A model generated the notes under the pieces. That model ran no database searches, was not told the DNA's origin, and saw only the letters and a program-made list of their open reading frames with translations. From Podarcis gaigeae (taxonomy: Eukaryota): DNA of 64,000 nt. The number at the start of each line of letters is the position of its first letter. Position 1 is the first letter of the stretch. Position numbers and translations under genes: made by a program. The stretch lies in the NCBI GenBank assembly GCA_964106915.2, contig OZ066919.1; one strand, 5' to 3'. Shown piece after piece: positions 26,561-39,178 of this stretch.

Positions 26561-27305
26561 CAGTGCTACCTCCAGTTACAAATTTACCATATTATTCGCT
26601 CTATAAGTTGCACTTTTCCCCTCCTAAAAAGTAAGGGGACGTGTGTGCGTCTTATGGAGCAAATGCAGGCTGTGCAGCTAAGCCAGAAGCCAGAACAGTG
26701 AGAGGGAGCACTGCGCAGCCTCTTCAGGGCAGCGGGGAGCCTTCATCCCACTGCCCTGAAGAGGCTGCGCAGCTATCCCAGAAGCCACAACAGTGAGAGA
26801 GATCGCTGTGGTCCCTCTCACTGTTCTAGCTTCTGGCTTAGCCGCGCTCTGTCCCTTCCCCCATCTCCCGGAAAAGGGACGGGTTGCCCTTCTCCCTCCT
26901 CGGGGAAAAGCCTGCAAGCGTCGCACACACGCTCCATGCGGCTTGTGAAAGGGAGCGCTGAGCAGAGCCTGGGATGCATACAGGCTCTGCTCAGTGCTCC
27001 CTTTAAAGAATTTTTTTTTCTTGCATTCCCCCTCTAAAAACTAGGTGTGTCTTAAGGTCAGATGCATCTTATGTAGCGAAAAATACGGTAATTCGTTCCG
27101 GAGGTCCATTCTTAAGCCGAAACCGCTTGTAACATGAGGTGCGCTTTCGCTAATGGCACCTCCCGCTGCTGCTGCGCTGCCGGCACTCAACTTCCGCTCA
27201 CATCCAGGGCAAAGTTCGCAACCAGGAGCATCTACTTCCGGGTTAGCGGACCTCGTAACCTGCAGCGTTTGTAAGGAGGACAGTACATAACACAAGGTTC
27301 CACTG
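26561..27305. mobile_element. Tc1/mariner (Tigger-like) MITE interrupted by a second MITE
   Basis: TA|CAGTGCTACCTC ... AAGGTTCCACTG|TA termini; same family style as 38938-39178. Confidence 0.8.
26587..27088. mobile_element. Nested Tc1/mariner-pogo-type MITE
   Basis: TA|CCATATTATTCGCTCTATAAG ... CTTATGTAGCGAAAAATACGG|TA imperfect TIRs with TA target duplication. The outer element resumes at 27091. Confidence 0.8.
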
Positions 27306-27897
27306 TATACAATTTCTTCACTCTGATCTCTGTACAACAAAGCCTACTGGGGGGAAAGGAGAAGTCACAAAACAGACTTCATTCTGTGATCATTTGGCAT
27401 AAGACTATCACTTGAAGAAACATGACACAGTTCTTGTAATTTTGTTACACCTTTGATCACCCAATTTTTATTTATTTATTTATTTATTGGGATAATGAAA
27501 GAATGGTAGGCTCTACTCGAACATTTAGTAATTCTCCCATTTTTATGACTACAGAAAAACATAGGTAGAAATCACCAGATAGGTCAATATCCCCAATATA
27601 TGCTTAGATAGTTCTTTACCCTGCATAGGGTAAAATCAAAATTTAAACAACCTTCCATTCCCCTAATTCCTATAAAACATAATTTCATTTTTTTAAAAAA
27701 GTTAGGATAAGGGGATATTTTATTTTTTTATGATTTTAAGCTGTTTTAAACTGTTTTTAATATTATGCTTTAATGTTGTAAGTTGCCCTGCCTGGAACCT
27801 TATGGTGAAGAGTTTGTGAAGAAGGAGGAGGAAGTCTGCACCAAGCCAGAGCTCCAATGATGTTGTAGTGCATACAGATGTATGTGTTTCTATAGTT

Positions 27898-28031
27898 CAT
27901 AGAACTATAAAGTTGGAAGGGACCATGAGGGTCATCTAGTCCAACCCCCTGCAATGCAGGAATCTTTTGCCCAATGTGGGGTTTGAACCATGAACCTGAC
28001 ATTAAGAGTCTCACGCTCTACCGACTGAGCT
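27898..28031 (-). mobile_element. tRNA-Lys-derived SINE with CR1 3' tail (Squam2-like)
   Basis: Minus strand agctcagtcggtagagcgtgagactcttaat...ccccacattgggc resembles tRNA-Lys(CTT), followed directly by the CR1 tail gattcctgcattgcagggggttggactagatgaccc. Confidence 0.85.
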
Positions 28032-30641
28032 GCTTCAATGGATAGAGCAATCTTATGTTCATGCACAGTACAAGAATTAATTAACAGTATGCACTTATGT
28101 ATTTAGCAATCACAAAACCAAATGGTGGAAGGATTTAAAGGAAGGATGGGGAAAATGTGACCATCCAGATATTGGACTACAACTCCCTTTAGTCACCGCC
28201 AGCAAAGCCAATCCTCTGGGATGATGGGAGTTGTTACCCAACAATATCTGGAAGTCCATAGGTTTTTAACAACCAAGCTCTATATAAATATTGTTAAAAA
28301 AACTAAATCATTTGGCTATAATAACTGATTTGCCACTAATTACCTGGCTGATTTTTTATCTTTTTTAAAAAAACCAACCACTCTAAGGCAGAACAATCAT
28401 GTCAGTAGAAATGGTACCAAATGGGTATCTGCCATGGTACTAAGCTTGTAGGACTGCATATTCTTGATATCATTTCACAGAATTTTAATGTTCAAAAGCT
28501 CTCAGACATAAAAAGTAGAATCAGATCTGCTTCATGCAAAAAGAGCATGTGCCATTTGGCTCTACAACCACTGTGAACTTTGGTAATCTAATGGAAATTG
28601 CATGTCCTGTACTGCTGTTCCATTTTTAATTTTCAAAGAATTTCAGGAAGCATTTATGGATTTAATTGTGGAAGTTTTCAGAGGAGAAAAAGTATAAATG
28701 TGATTAGTGTCAAAATATTAATGCAGCATGATGAGTGACTCACCAATCTCTGGGTATAATAACCTTATTCTGTCTCCTTTATATGCTGCGACTTTAATCT
28801 ATTACCCAACAGAAAGCATCTGCTTTCAGTGAACTCTCTCAAACACTGATAATTTAAGTTGTTCAAGATAACCAAGGGAGTGGGTGGGGAGCTCACCTTT
28901 TCTCAACCTCTTAAAACTGAGCATGAGCAACAAACACTGTAAAATCTTTAACTCACATTTTCAAGCTTTCTAGGAAAATGTCACATGAAGAAAAGCTAGG
29001 ATTATTTAAAAAGTACTACATTATTTGCCAAGCTTTGACAGAGAGCAAGGTTCAACAGTTGTGCAGTAGTAGATGTTGGTTTTTTGTGTGATAAAAAATG
29101 GAGTAGCTCTGTTGCAAATCCTCCATCACTCAATATGCCTGTTACAGAAAAACCAAGCTATAATGACCATAACCCAAAGAACCGTGAAATTAGCTCTATA
29201 AGTCCACAATTAAAAATCTACCATATAACTCCCCACTCCACAATGCCATATGGCCAACTGCTAAGAAAAAGCAAGCTTAAAAAGATGTTTGCGATATGAT
29301 GGGGGGGGGGGGGAAACCTGCTTGAAGAACAAAAGTTTTTTTTTAAAAAAAAAATCCACTAGCCTAGCAGAAGCCCACTGCATAAGCTTAAACATATCTG
29401 ACTCGAAGTCAATATTTAGAATGATAACTTAGTAAATTCTTATACCATATTTTGAACACAAAGTACAGTATTTTTGCATTGTAGCTATATCACAAATAAT
29501 TGGGTACGACCAAATGTACTCTAAAGCCATTATTTCAACATATGTAGCTATGTAGAAAGAGAAAAAATAAAATATTTGTGCCTCCATTATAAGGAGTTTC
29601 ATGATTGTTTTGAACATTATGCCAATGTTTGTGCTCAATCAAGAAAGAAAAAAAAGAAAAGACAAGACAAAGACTACAGATCTATGCATCCTCCAAGATG
29701 GACATTTAAACATTGTCAGTATCACAATAGCAACTTCATTTTCCTTTTATGTAATTTGCCCTCTCCTTCCCTCCCCCTTTTAAATTTTGATTCTCATGTA
29801 GGGAAGCATAGAACAGAGATAAACTTGAAACTATATTCTACTTTTTGCACTTTTTTATTAATCAAGGAAGCAGCTGATAAACTTGTAGTATAAACTCTAG
29901 AATTTATAAAAGGACCCTTTATAGCATTTACACCTTTTGGACAAAGATGATCTTCAACTTGACCAATCCTACCTAATACAAGTCCTGCATTACTTTATAG
30001 TAAGAGAAGTACCATTTTGACGTGGAAAAGGAACAGACTGGACAGGATTCATGACGGGTAATGTTCACATCCATATGTATGCCTGGGGTTTTCCTTATTC
30101 AGACCCAACTTCGGGTTTCATGGGAACCTGAGTGGAATATCATCAATGGGCTCCCTCCCTTTGACTTGACAGTTCAATTGTAATACCATACTTCCAGAGT
30201 CCTCTGCACCTCATTGGTTGGCCCTAACCAGTCTTGGTACAGATCAGTGCCTGATCTTGGTGGCCACCAGTAGTAATGCAGGCCATACTTTTTGATACTA
30301 GAATTATGTAGCTAGCTCTGGCAAAACTAAGCAGAGGCCACCCTAAATAGTTTTGTTGTTAATAACAGCGGTAGTTGCAACAGGAAGTATAAATGCTGGA
30401 CACAACATGGGCATGTTTTACATATGCCCACACAAAGTGACATCCCATTTTGGAGAAGCACATTACTTTGGGAACAGAATCATGGTGAATGTGGAGGGAG
30501 AGGATGGGAGAGTAAAGGTGTTAGCAATAAAATCCATGTCAGAATGTTTTTCTTCTTGTTTAAATTTTTATTTTAATATCTTTGGAGGCAAATTCAAACT
30601 ATGTGGCAATTTCTCCATGTCACAATCATAATGCTTTATAT

Positions 30642-30944
30642 CACGGGTGTCAAACACAAGGCCCGCGGGCCAAATCCGGCCCGCCAGACCTCGTCATGTG
30701 GCCCATGTAGCCGCCGGCCGCCAGCCTTCACCTTTTATTCTCGCTTTTTTTTTTGACACAAGAAAGCCGCCTCTTCAGCGCATGCGCGGCAGCCTACAAG
30801 CCAGAGAACGTCTGCCCTCTAGCGATGGTGACAATAATTTATGATAATAAAGAGTGGACACATAGTCCTATAGATACAACTGGCCCTTTGAGGGTGACCA
30901 AACTGCTGATGCGGCCCCCGATGAATTTGAGTTTGACACCCCTG
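30642..30944. mobile_element. hAT (Charlie-like) MITE
   Basis: TIRs CACGGGTGTCAAAC / GTTTGACACCCCTG and perfect 8-bp TSD CTTTATAT (30634-30641, 30945-30952); CpGs retained. Confidence 0.92.
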
Positions 30945-31128
30945 CTTTATATGAACCTGTATTTGCCTATATTTCACAGTGCAGCTAAGCTCTGTTGTGT
31001 CCTTGATAGCAACAAAACAAAAATATGTGTTGGTACATCAGCTTAGATGATGAATGCTACTGTATTGCCATTATGGTCCAGAGTTTGATAAGGCAATATT
31101 ACAAGTGGCAAATGCATTTATTACTTAC

Positions 31129-31345
31129 CACACTAAGTCCCAGAAGTTCTCTGCAGTAGTAGTCCATGCTCCTCTTCTGTAAATTATCAAGATAATGCTG
31201 AAGCCGTGTGTAAGTGTAGGGGTAGCAGTAAGCGAACTGGTATATGTCGTCTTCTCGATCAAAGCAGAAAGCAAATGACATAACGTAGTTCTTCCTGTGA
31301 TCAGGGCAGCGATAATAATACACATTTTTGGGTGGCAGCCTTTGC
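31129..31345 (-). CDS. AGBL4: Internal coding exon of AGBL4 / cytosolic carboxypeptidase 6 (tubulin deglutamylase, M14 family); probably orthologous to human exon 5
   Basis: Translation (W)QRLPPKNVYYYRCPDHRKNYVMSFAFCFDREDDIYQFAYCYPYTYTRLQHYLDNLQKRSMDYYCRELLGLSV includes the AYCYPYTY motif of CCP/AGBL proteins and matches remembered AGBL4. Minus-strand acceptor tcttatcttttAG (+ CT at 31346-31347) and donor GTAAGT (+ ACTTAC at 31123-31128). Length 217 nt = 1 + 72 codons. Confidence 0.96.
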
Positions 31346-32694
31346 CTAAAAGATAAGACAAATGCCACAATCAAAATCCATTGGCTAAATTAAATGCAAC
31401 AGTGAAGTTGTACATATATGGAGAATGGGGAGTCTCTCTTCCCTGACATAATGGCTCTATGGCTCTGACTGCAGAGGAACAAATCTGAATCAGGTATGTA
31501 GATAATCCACCTCCATTTTCCACGTAATCACCCACCACCTTCCAAGCTTAATGCAGAGGAGGTTAAAACTCTGACAACTGAGATCTGGATCATTCTAGTT
31601 CTTTGAAAAACTTCACCTCTGCTTTACCATACGTCACAATTCTAGGTATGTCTACTCAGAAGACAGACCCATTAAGTTCAGTGGGGTCTTCAGTGGGGTA
31701 TTAAGTCAAGTGGCTATCGGACTGCAGCCTTTCCTTCTATATCACTGCTGTTCCTTCTTGGTTTTTTTTTGCATTTATTGTCAATATTATATGATAAATC
31801 TTAATAGTCAGAATAAATAGAATAAAACCACATCATAAGGCAATGCAGGTGTTGGCTCTGGAAGTAAGGGGGGGAACACAGTAGATTTTTTATTTAATTT
31901 GAATGAGAGAACCTTGTACTGTGCAGCATCTATGCAGTAGCACAATACTTCAATATGATTATGTAGCAATCTTGGAAGGGTGAGTAAAAGACCCATTCCC
32001 TAGGCAGGCAGGATGTGGGTACTGGCTGTACACCTTTATCTGCCTGGACAGACTCCACAAGGGTCTTGCAATTAAATACAACAAATTTTCCAATCCTATT
32101 TGGCAAAAGCATACTATCATCCCGCAGACAGTAGCTTATTCAATTAAGGAATATCATAAACAGGTCCCATCTAATGCTTGTAGCAGAAGTCAGCTACCGT
32201 CAGGCAATGATGGCGAAGAAAACGTAATATGATTTACAGACATAGCAGTAGTAATGGGTCCTACGGTAATAGTTCTGAGAAATGAGACAACTGGAGAGGA
32301 TCAGTTTTGGCCTTTCATTGTTAATATGAAACGGAGGACAGAAAGTTCTCATGATAGAAGAGTCTTTCCAATTAGCGGCTGTTAAGGAGTATGCAAAGAA
32401 AAACGGACATCTTCCTGGCAAAATACAATGAAGTCTCAGTGATGCAGTTAATTAGAGATGACATAAAAATTATTTGTCCTTCGTATTGCTTTGGCTTTTA
32501 AACTCCAGTGAATAAAGGGGACCACTCTTGATTGTTGCTCTTTGTTTTATTTACATTGTGCTGACTAAAGATCCTGATGTTAACCAGCCACAAACTATTA
32601 TTATTATTATTTACAGACTACGGTAAAAGACAAAATGGCAGAGGGTTATAGTTTTCAATCTGATATAAATAGCAGTGAAGGTGGGGGAATAGGC

Positions 32695-33027
32695 AAAGGT
32701 AAAGGTAAATGACCCCTGGACGGTTAAGTCCAGTCAAAGGCAACTATGGGGTTGTGGTGCTCATCTCGCTTCAGCCGAGAGAGCCGGCGTTTGTCTACAG
32801 ACAGATTTCTGGGTCGTGTGACTAAACCACTTCTGGCACAACAGGACACCGTGACGAGTGCCAGAGCGCACGGTAACGCCGTTTACCTTCCTGCCACAAC
32901 AGTACCTATTTATCTACTTGCACTGGTGTGCTTTTGAATTGCTAGGTTGGCAGAAGCTGGGACAGAGCAACAGGAGTTCACCCTGTTGCACGAATTTGAA
33001 CAAGCCCAAGAGGCTCAGTGGTTTAGA
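32695..33027 (-). mobile_element. Sauria SINE (different subfamily, head partly deleted)
   Basis: aaaggtaaaggtaaatgacccctggacgg tail and tatttatctacttgcact...gctaggttggcagaagctgggac body shared with 23021-23378. Confidence 0.88.
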
Positions 33028-35340
33028 ATACAACCAGCTAAGCAAATAGCTTCCTGAAATATCTTAACATATTTCTATCATCCAACATTACTCTGGTATG
33101 CTATCAGGTATCTCTCACTGTATATAAGATCAAACAGATTATACAGTTGTGAGTAAATAAACTGAAGCCCCCAGACCTCAAAATACAATGCAAGTTCAAA
33201 CAGTGCATTGGCAAGTGCAGAACCTTTGTTTCTACGCTGGCAACAAGAGAAGCTGCATTCATTATAATGAAACAATTCATAATGCTAGGAAAAGCTACTT
33301 GAGATTTGTTTGATACTAGTTTGCTACTAGTTCAGATGGCACACAGCACAGGTTGCTTCTATTTTATTTTATTTTTAATCTCTTAATCTAACATGCTTGT
33401 GTGTTTCTGCAATCATGCTTTGGTGTTATTGCTGTCTTCCATTCTGGTCCGAAGAAGTCAAACATCTGCGTGTCAACAGTTTTAACGAAAATTATTTATC
33501 TATATGCTTGGATATTATAGTGAAATTTATAATTTAGGATAAGTCATAAGTCAATTTCACAACCCAGTGCCTTTCACTGGAGGAAAACCTACCCTTACTT
33601 GAGCGATAAAAATCCAAAGTCTCAGAAAAGGTTCAAACTCTTAATACAAAGCATGTCCCCCCTAAATATAATTGTAATGGGACTCATGGGGCTGTTAATC
33701 TATTCTTATCACTTTTAACACTTTGTCAGTGCTAATCTGTTCCCATGTCAAAGGGAAAAGGAGACTGGGTGTTTCAATACCAACAAAACATCTTTACATA
33801 CAGGAGCCTAATCAGATTAGATTTTATCTGGGAATTAAAAAGGGAGGAAGGGAGAGAGACAGAGGAGCACAAGAGACAAGGTGCTAGATATGGCCAATCG
33901 GGGGTTTTGATAAGAAAAAGACATTGCTCAGTTCTTGCATTAACCTCTGTGTCCTAGACATACCATTGTTTAGTCTTTCCCTCTTTTTGTTCTACGCCTG
34001 CTGGAAAAGGACACCCACACACTGTAGCAGCAGCTGCTTCTATTAATTTAAAGCTATTACAAAAATTAAAATTAAACCCAATTACTTTGGCTGGTTTATA
34101 GCCGGAGAATGGCTGAGTCTGATTGTTCCCTCTGGTTATGGACAAAACAATATTACTACCTATAGGCAGCTGCCAGTAGAATACTAATGTGACCTAGGCC
34201 TGGCAGGAACAGATTCAGAATGTGAAATTTAGCTGCATTTCTAAATAGAGAGGGGGAAATATATATCTTATCACAGATCTGCAGAAATGCTCCACCCTTT
34301 CATGCTATAGGCCATGCAGTACGTGACAGCTAAAGCGAGGAAGCCATACTGGAGCATATTTCCAGTTACATATATCCTCCAAGAGCCTTAGTTAGGACTA
34401 CAAATGTACATTGCTAATTAATACTTATGTGCACTGTCAAACTAACTAAAGTTCTGAATGGCGATTTGATGAAAATATGTCCAAAGTCCATTCATAACAA
34501 CAGCCATCATCTCCCACTCCATTGGCTTCAGCATGATACTGAAACAACACTAGTTAGGTATTCCTAACTAGTGTTGGCTGTTTGGATTTCAAAACACACA
34601 TGCACAAACCAGTCGCACAAACTGATGGGAAAGCTTGTACACAATTTCTTGATGGAGGACATTGAGGGGCAAGGTGTAAAATGTTTGGAAGCAGCAATTT
34701 CCTGTCTAGACAAGCAACACTCCTGTCCCCTGAATAGATTTTAACCATATGATGTACAGACACCTTTACATGCATTCCACTCATGCATGACCACATTTAC
34801 ATGAATCGTCACAAAATAAATAAATAAATTGGCCTTCCCTCACTCAGGACTGCTGCCTTGAAGTCACTCGAGAGATGGCAGCTTTCAATCAACATTGCTG
34901 TTGTTTCCTTCTAGAAATGGAAACATGACGCTGACCAACACTTTACCTAACACTGCCCAAAGAATTTAGAGTTAAGAAGGGGTTGCCTGTTTGACATGGA
35001 ACTGAACAGCCCTTACCAGGCGGAAGGGTAACCACAAAAACATTTTGAAACCATTTTCCAAAGCAGTTTCAGATACTGCGATATAATTGCTTTTATTCTA
35101 GATGCAATTAATTAGAAACACTTCTGCATATATCTCTCCTCTTTAACCACCTGATTGCAGTCCCCATAGCTTTTATAGCTTTTAGAACATCTGGCTGTTT
35201 CTCTCTGCACAGAAGAAAAATAAAGTGAAATATCATAACCTTCAGTGTTTTAGTTAAAAGTTAAGAAATCGGCACTCTAAACATATTTATTATTGAATAC
35301 GAATATTGATCACCTTTCATGAATATGTTGACTGTGATAT

Positions 35341-35518
35341 GAACATAAGAAGCTGCCTTACACTGAGGCAGACCATTGGTCCATCAAGCTCACTATTGTT
35401 CTATACTGACTGGCAGCAGTTCTCCAGAGTGCCAGGCAAGACTCTTTCCCTACCCTGCCCTGAGATGCCAGGGACTGAACCTGGGACCTTATGCACCCAA
35501 AGCATATGCTGTACACAG
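35341..35518 (-). mobile_element. Old tRNA-headed SINE with CR1-like tail
   Basis: gaacataagaagctgccttacactgaggcagaccattggtccatc tail and gccagggactgaacctgggacctt (reverse B-box-like). Confidence 0.6.
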
Positions 35519-35658
35519 ATTTCTTGGTAACTGGAATAATGCAATGTACATTTACATTGTGTGCTAATTAGGAAAAGGGGGAACACACACTGCAAAGACA
35601 GTGCTTCTTTGCCTGCCAATCTGACTTATAAACAACCTCTCAAAACACAATTCAGTCT

Positions 35659-36160
35659 CATAGAATCGTAGAATGATAGAGTTGGAAGGGATCCCAAGGG
35701 ACATATAGTTGAACCCCTTGGAATGCAGGAATCTCAACTGCAAGATGATACAGGACAGAGGGACATCCAGCCTCTACTTATATGTCTAACACCTCTCACA
35801 GGAGTCTGTTCCACTGTCAATCAGCTATTAGTGCCATAAAGTTTTTCCTGATGTTTAGTTGGAATCTCCGTTCTTGTAACTTGAAGCCGTTGGTTCGGGT
35901 CTCAACCTCCAGAGCAGGAGAAAACAATCTTGCTCCATCCTCCATGCGACAGCCGTTTAGATATCTGAAGATGCCTATCATATCTCCTCTTAGTCTCCTC
36001 TTTACTAAGCCCAATCCCTTCAACTGTTCTTCATAAGGCTTGGTTTCCAGACCCTTTATCACCTTCGTCTCCCACCTCTGCACATGCTCCAGCTTGTCAA
36101 TATCTTTCTTAAATTGTGGTGCCCAGAACTGGACACAGTATTCCAGGTGTGGTCTAACCA
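35659..36160 (-). mobile_element. CR1 LINE, 5'-truncated (RT C-terminus plus 3'UTR)
   Basis: ORF 35817-36161 VRPHLEYCVQFWAPQFKKDIDKLEHVQR...RRLRGDMI...NGFKLQERRFQLNIRKNF is classic CR1 ORF2 end; catagaatcgtagaat tail. Confidence 0.95.
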
Positions 36161-38038
36161 CATTACCCCATACATGGCTGCTTGACCAGTTTCGTCTGCA
36201 GAACTAGCACAAGTGCCATACAACATCCATTCCACACTTGTAATGGATCAATCCTTCAGCGTGGCAGTATCTACACTTTGAAACTTACTGTTTTCACTGT
36301 ACTGTTTCTGGTACCTGCTAAAAGATCTCTTTTTTTTGTATAGGAATAATATGAGTGTTATATGTACAGTGCAGGATTGGGCAAAACAAGCCACTTTTAG
36401 GCTTCTGGAAACAAATCCACCCCCTGCCCTCAGGCTCTACCTCTTCCTCGAGGAATAAAAGGCTTAAAGAGTAAAATCTCTGGCTTGGAGCCTAACATTC
36501 CTCCAGTCTGGGAAATTCATTTGAGCATGTTGCCAGGTTGAGATGGAGACATGAGTCCCTACAGTGGATGAATCCAGTTCTGTGAGGATTGCATGCTCCA
36601 TGAGTAAGAACTTAAAAAGTCCCAATTTGGATGAAGAGCCCATGGTCCACTTGGGCTTGGGCTGTGGCTCAGGCCTAGCCATGATGTCGCCTGGGTTGTT
36701 CTCTGGTGCTGCTATGCTGAAGGTCTGGGCCAGCCCCTCCAAACCAAAACCTTGGCTGCTTCTGAAATTGGAGGCCTGGATAACTGTCTCTGCATCTGTG
36801 TGCTGCTGAATGTGACTGGACCCTCCTCATCAGAGCCCAGGTTGTTGCACCAGGCAGGAATCCTGATACCACCCATAGCTAGAAAAGCAGGTTGTAGGGT
36901 GGGTTTTGAGCAACAACATGGCTGGAAGTGAAAAAGCTAAGCACTCCTCCTACCCTGCCATTCTTCCTCTTCAACTCATAGCTTCACAAGGCTGCTTTTA
37001 GTTAAAAAGAAGGGTAAGAGAAGATTCCTTGTCCTTTCCTCCTTTAGTCTTTTCACTTTATGTTATTCTTCAGTTTTCAGTCTAATTGACTAGAACTTAT
37101 CATTATGGTATAGAATGTTTTGACTTTATTTTTTGCAGTCCATAGCAGCCTGGGAACAAGAAACCAGCCTAAATCTCACACCCCAGTCTCTATGGTACAT
37201 TGTCAGTAGACCACACGGTCAGCTTTAATAGCCTCTTAGCTTCAATTAGCCAATTAGACTTTTCCTCTATTTCCCATCTCCCTTTCCCATCTGTTCATCT
37301 ATTCCCATTCCCCTCCTTTCTGCAGAAATAATTTTTAAAATCCATGTGAACTTCATTTAGGGTACTCTTGGGTGGCATATCTTGCACACAAGACTAACTA
37401 TAAAAACCTCCCAAGAATACAAAAAACTACAGCAGTAATTTGGTGATGTCTGAATTTCAGATGCTGTTTTCACACACATCTGCATCCAAACTACAAACAT
37501 AATGGGTTTTTGTTGTTTTGTTGTTTGGTCACAACGTAAGTTATTAATATGAAATTAAAGTAGCTGCAATACAAATTTGATGTAGACAGAATATCAAACA
37601 GAATTTGTTGAGTCATCTTTGGGTTTATAATAGTATTGCATATATTCGTTGATTTTTATTTTTACTGTGGAATGTGTGATTCAAGTGGGCAAACATTTTC
37701 AGATGCACTTTCAGAATAAACTAAACTGCATAATCTCAATAGAAAACATTTACAATATGTTTCTCTGTGTTTAAGAGCTTTGAATTCTCACCACTTTCTT
37801 TTCCCAAGAAAAGATTTTCTGACAGCACATGCATTTTTTAAAAAAAGATTCTCGATAAGACATTGGACTCTGTAAACCCCCTACCATCTTGTAGCCCTTG
37901 CTGAACTGTATCCCTGCCACTCCCGTGACTTCCATTGACCCCAGATGTTCTGCAGATGAGCACGCTGACCCCATCACCCAATACCTCTTTCTGGTGGTGC
38001 ACAATTGGATGTATTCTATGATTATTTAATGCCATATA

Positions 38039-38250
38039 CAAAACAAAAAAAATTCCTTCCAGTAGCACCTTAAAGACCAACTAAGTTAGTTCTTGGTATG
38101 AGCTTTCGTGTGCATGCACACTTCTTCAGATACACTGCATGCACACGAAAGCTCATACCAAGAACTAACTTAGTTGGTCTTTAAGGTGCTACTGGAAGGA
38201 ATTTTTTTTGTTTTGACTATGGCAGACCAACACGGCTACCTATCTGTAAC
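38039..38250. mobile_element. Penelope-like element (PLE) terminal-repeat insertion in inverted configuration
   Basis: Perfect 80-bp inverted arms (38039-38118 / 38136-38215) containing tagttggtctttaaggtgctactgga, which resembles reptile Penelope pLTR ends. 12-bp TSD TAATGCCATATA at 38027-38038 and 38251-38262. Confidence 0.8.
38096..38133 (-). ncRNA. Minimal type-I hammerhead ribozyme motif (PLE-type)
   Basis: Minus-strand RNA GUAU-CUGAAGA-A-GUGUGCAUGCACAC-GAA-AGCU-C-AUAC: stem I GUAU/AUAC, core CUGAnGA, stem II, GAAA, palindromic AGCU stem III and a UC cleavage site. Confidence 0.75.
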
Positions 38251-38937
38251 TAATGCCATATATTCATTCATTGCTCATTTTATACTCATTCAAAGTCATC
38301 CCCTCATCAAGAATAGGTCAGATGAATCTATTATACAGGGACTGGGGAGAAAGCATATTTGGGGAAAGGAAGATTAACAATGTAATTTGGAACACATTTT
38401 AACAAGTGTCCAACATTCTGATATACCTTATTTCCATATGGAAACCTTGAATCACAGTTGTGAGTGGGGGAGAACTTGGGAAAGTATAAACAAGAGGTGA
38501 GGAGGTTGGCTTTGATTTCTGTGAACTCTTTCTTCTTGGAGAGTGAGCGTTTACAGGTTTCTCTCGTCTGCTTTTTGTCTTTGTGAAAGAAGAGTTCACA
38601 CTCAAATGCTTCTTGCATTTATTCAAGCAATTTCAAACCATTCCACTTTGTGCTAGCCTAACTTTCACATTCCCTTTAGTTAATTACTTGTAGTTCGTAC
38701 TTGAGAGAGCAATATTAGTTACTCTGATCAACTCTGATTTATTAGTTACACTGATCTGAACACTGCTTTAAAATGGACCCCTTTTCCCTATTGATTTGAA
38801 ATTTGGCAAGTATGATTCCTAGGAGGAACAAGAATGCCTGAAAAATTCATGCTGATTTGAAAAATTCATGCAGAAGTATAGACAGCAGAAATGCAGCAGG
38901 GTCTCCCATTGAAAGCAATGCAAAATGAAAGGGTATA

Positions 38938-39178
38938 CAGTGGTACCTCGGGTTACATACGCTTCAGGTTACAAACGCTTCAGGTTACAGACTCCGCTAA
39001 CCCAGAAATAGTACCTCGGGTTAAGAACTTTGCTTCAGGATGAGAACAGAAATTGTGCTCCAGCGGCGTGGCGGCAGCAGGAGGCCCATTATCTAAAGTG
39101 GTGCTTCAGGTTAAGAACAGTTTCAGGTTAGGAACGGACCCCCGGAACAAATTAAGTACTTAACCCGAGGTACCACTG
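38938..39178. mobile_element. Tc1/mariner (Tigger-like) MITE, intact
   Basis: Perfect TIRs CAGTGGTACCTCGGGTTA / TAACCCGAGGTACCACTG with TA on both sides. Confidence 0.93.

Noticed and set aside
27968-28031. tRNA-Lys gene
   Set aside because: The acceptor stem is missing, the arms are mutated, and it is fused directly to a CR1 tail, so it is a SINE head.
31099-31374. 91-aa ORF as a standalone gene
   Set aside because: Only 31129-31345 is exon; the ends are intronic read-through past the splice sites.
36464-36872. GC-richer block with ORFs on both strands
   Set aside because: No recognisable protein or element termini; left unassigned.
37838-38377. Two divergent ORFs with the identical start MVFKVLLEGIFFVL
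   Set aside because: Artefact of the 80-bp inverted repeat.
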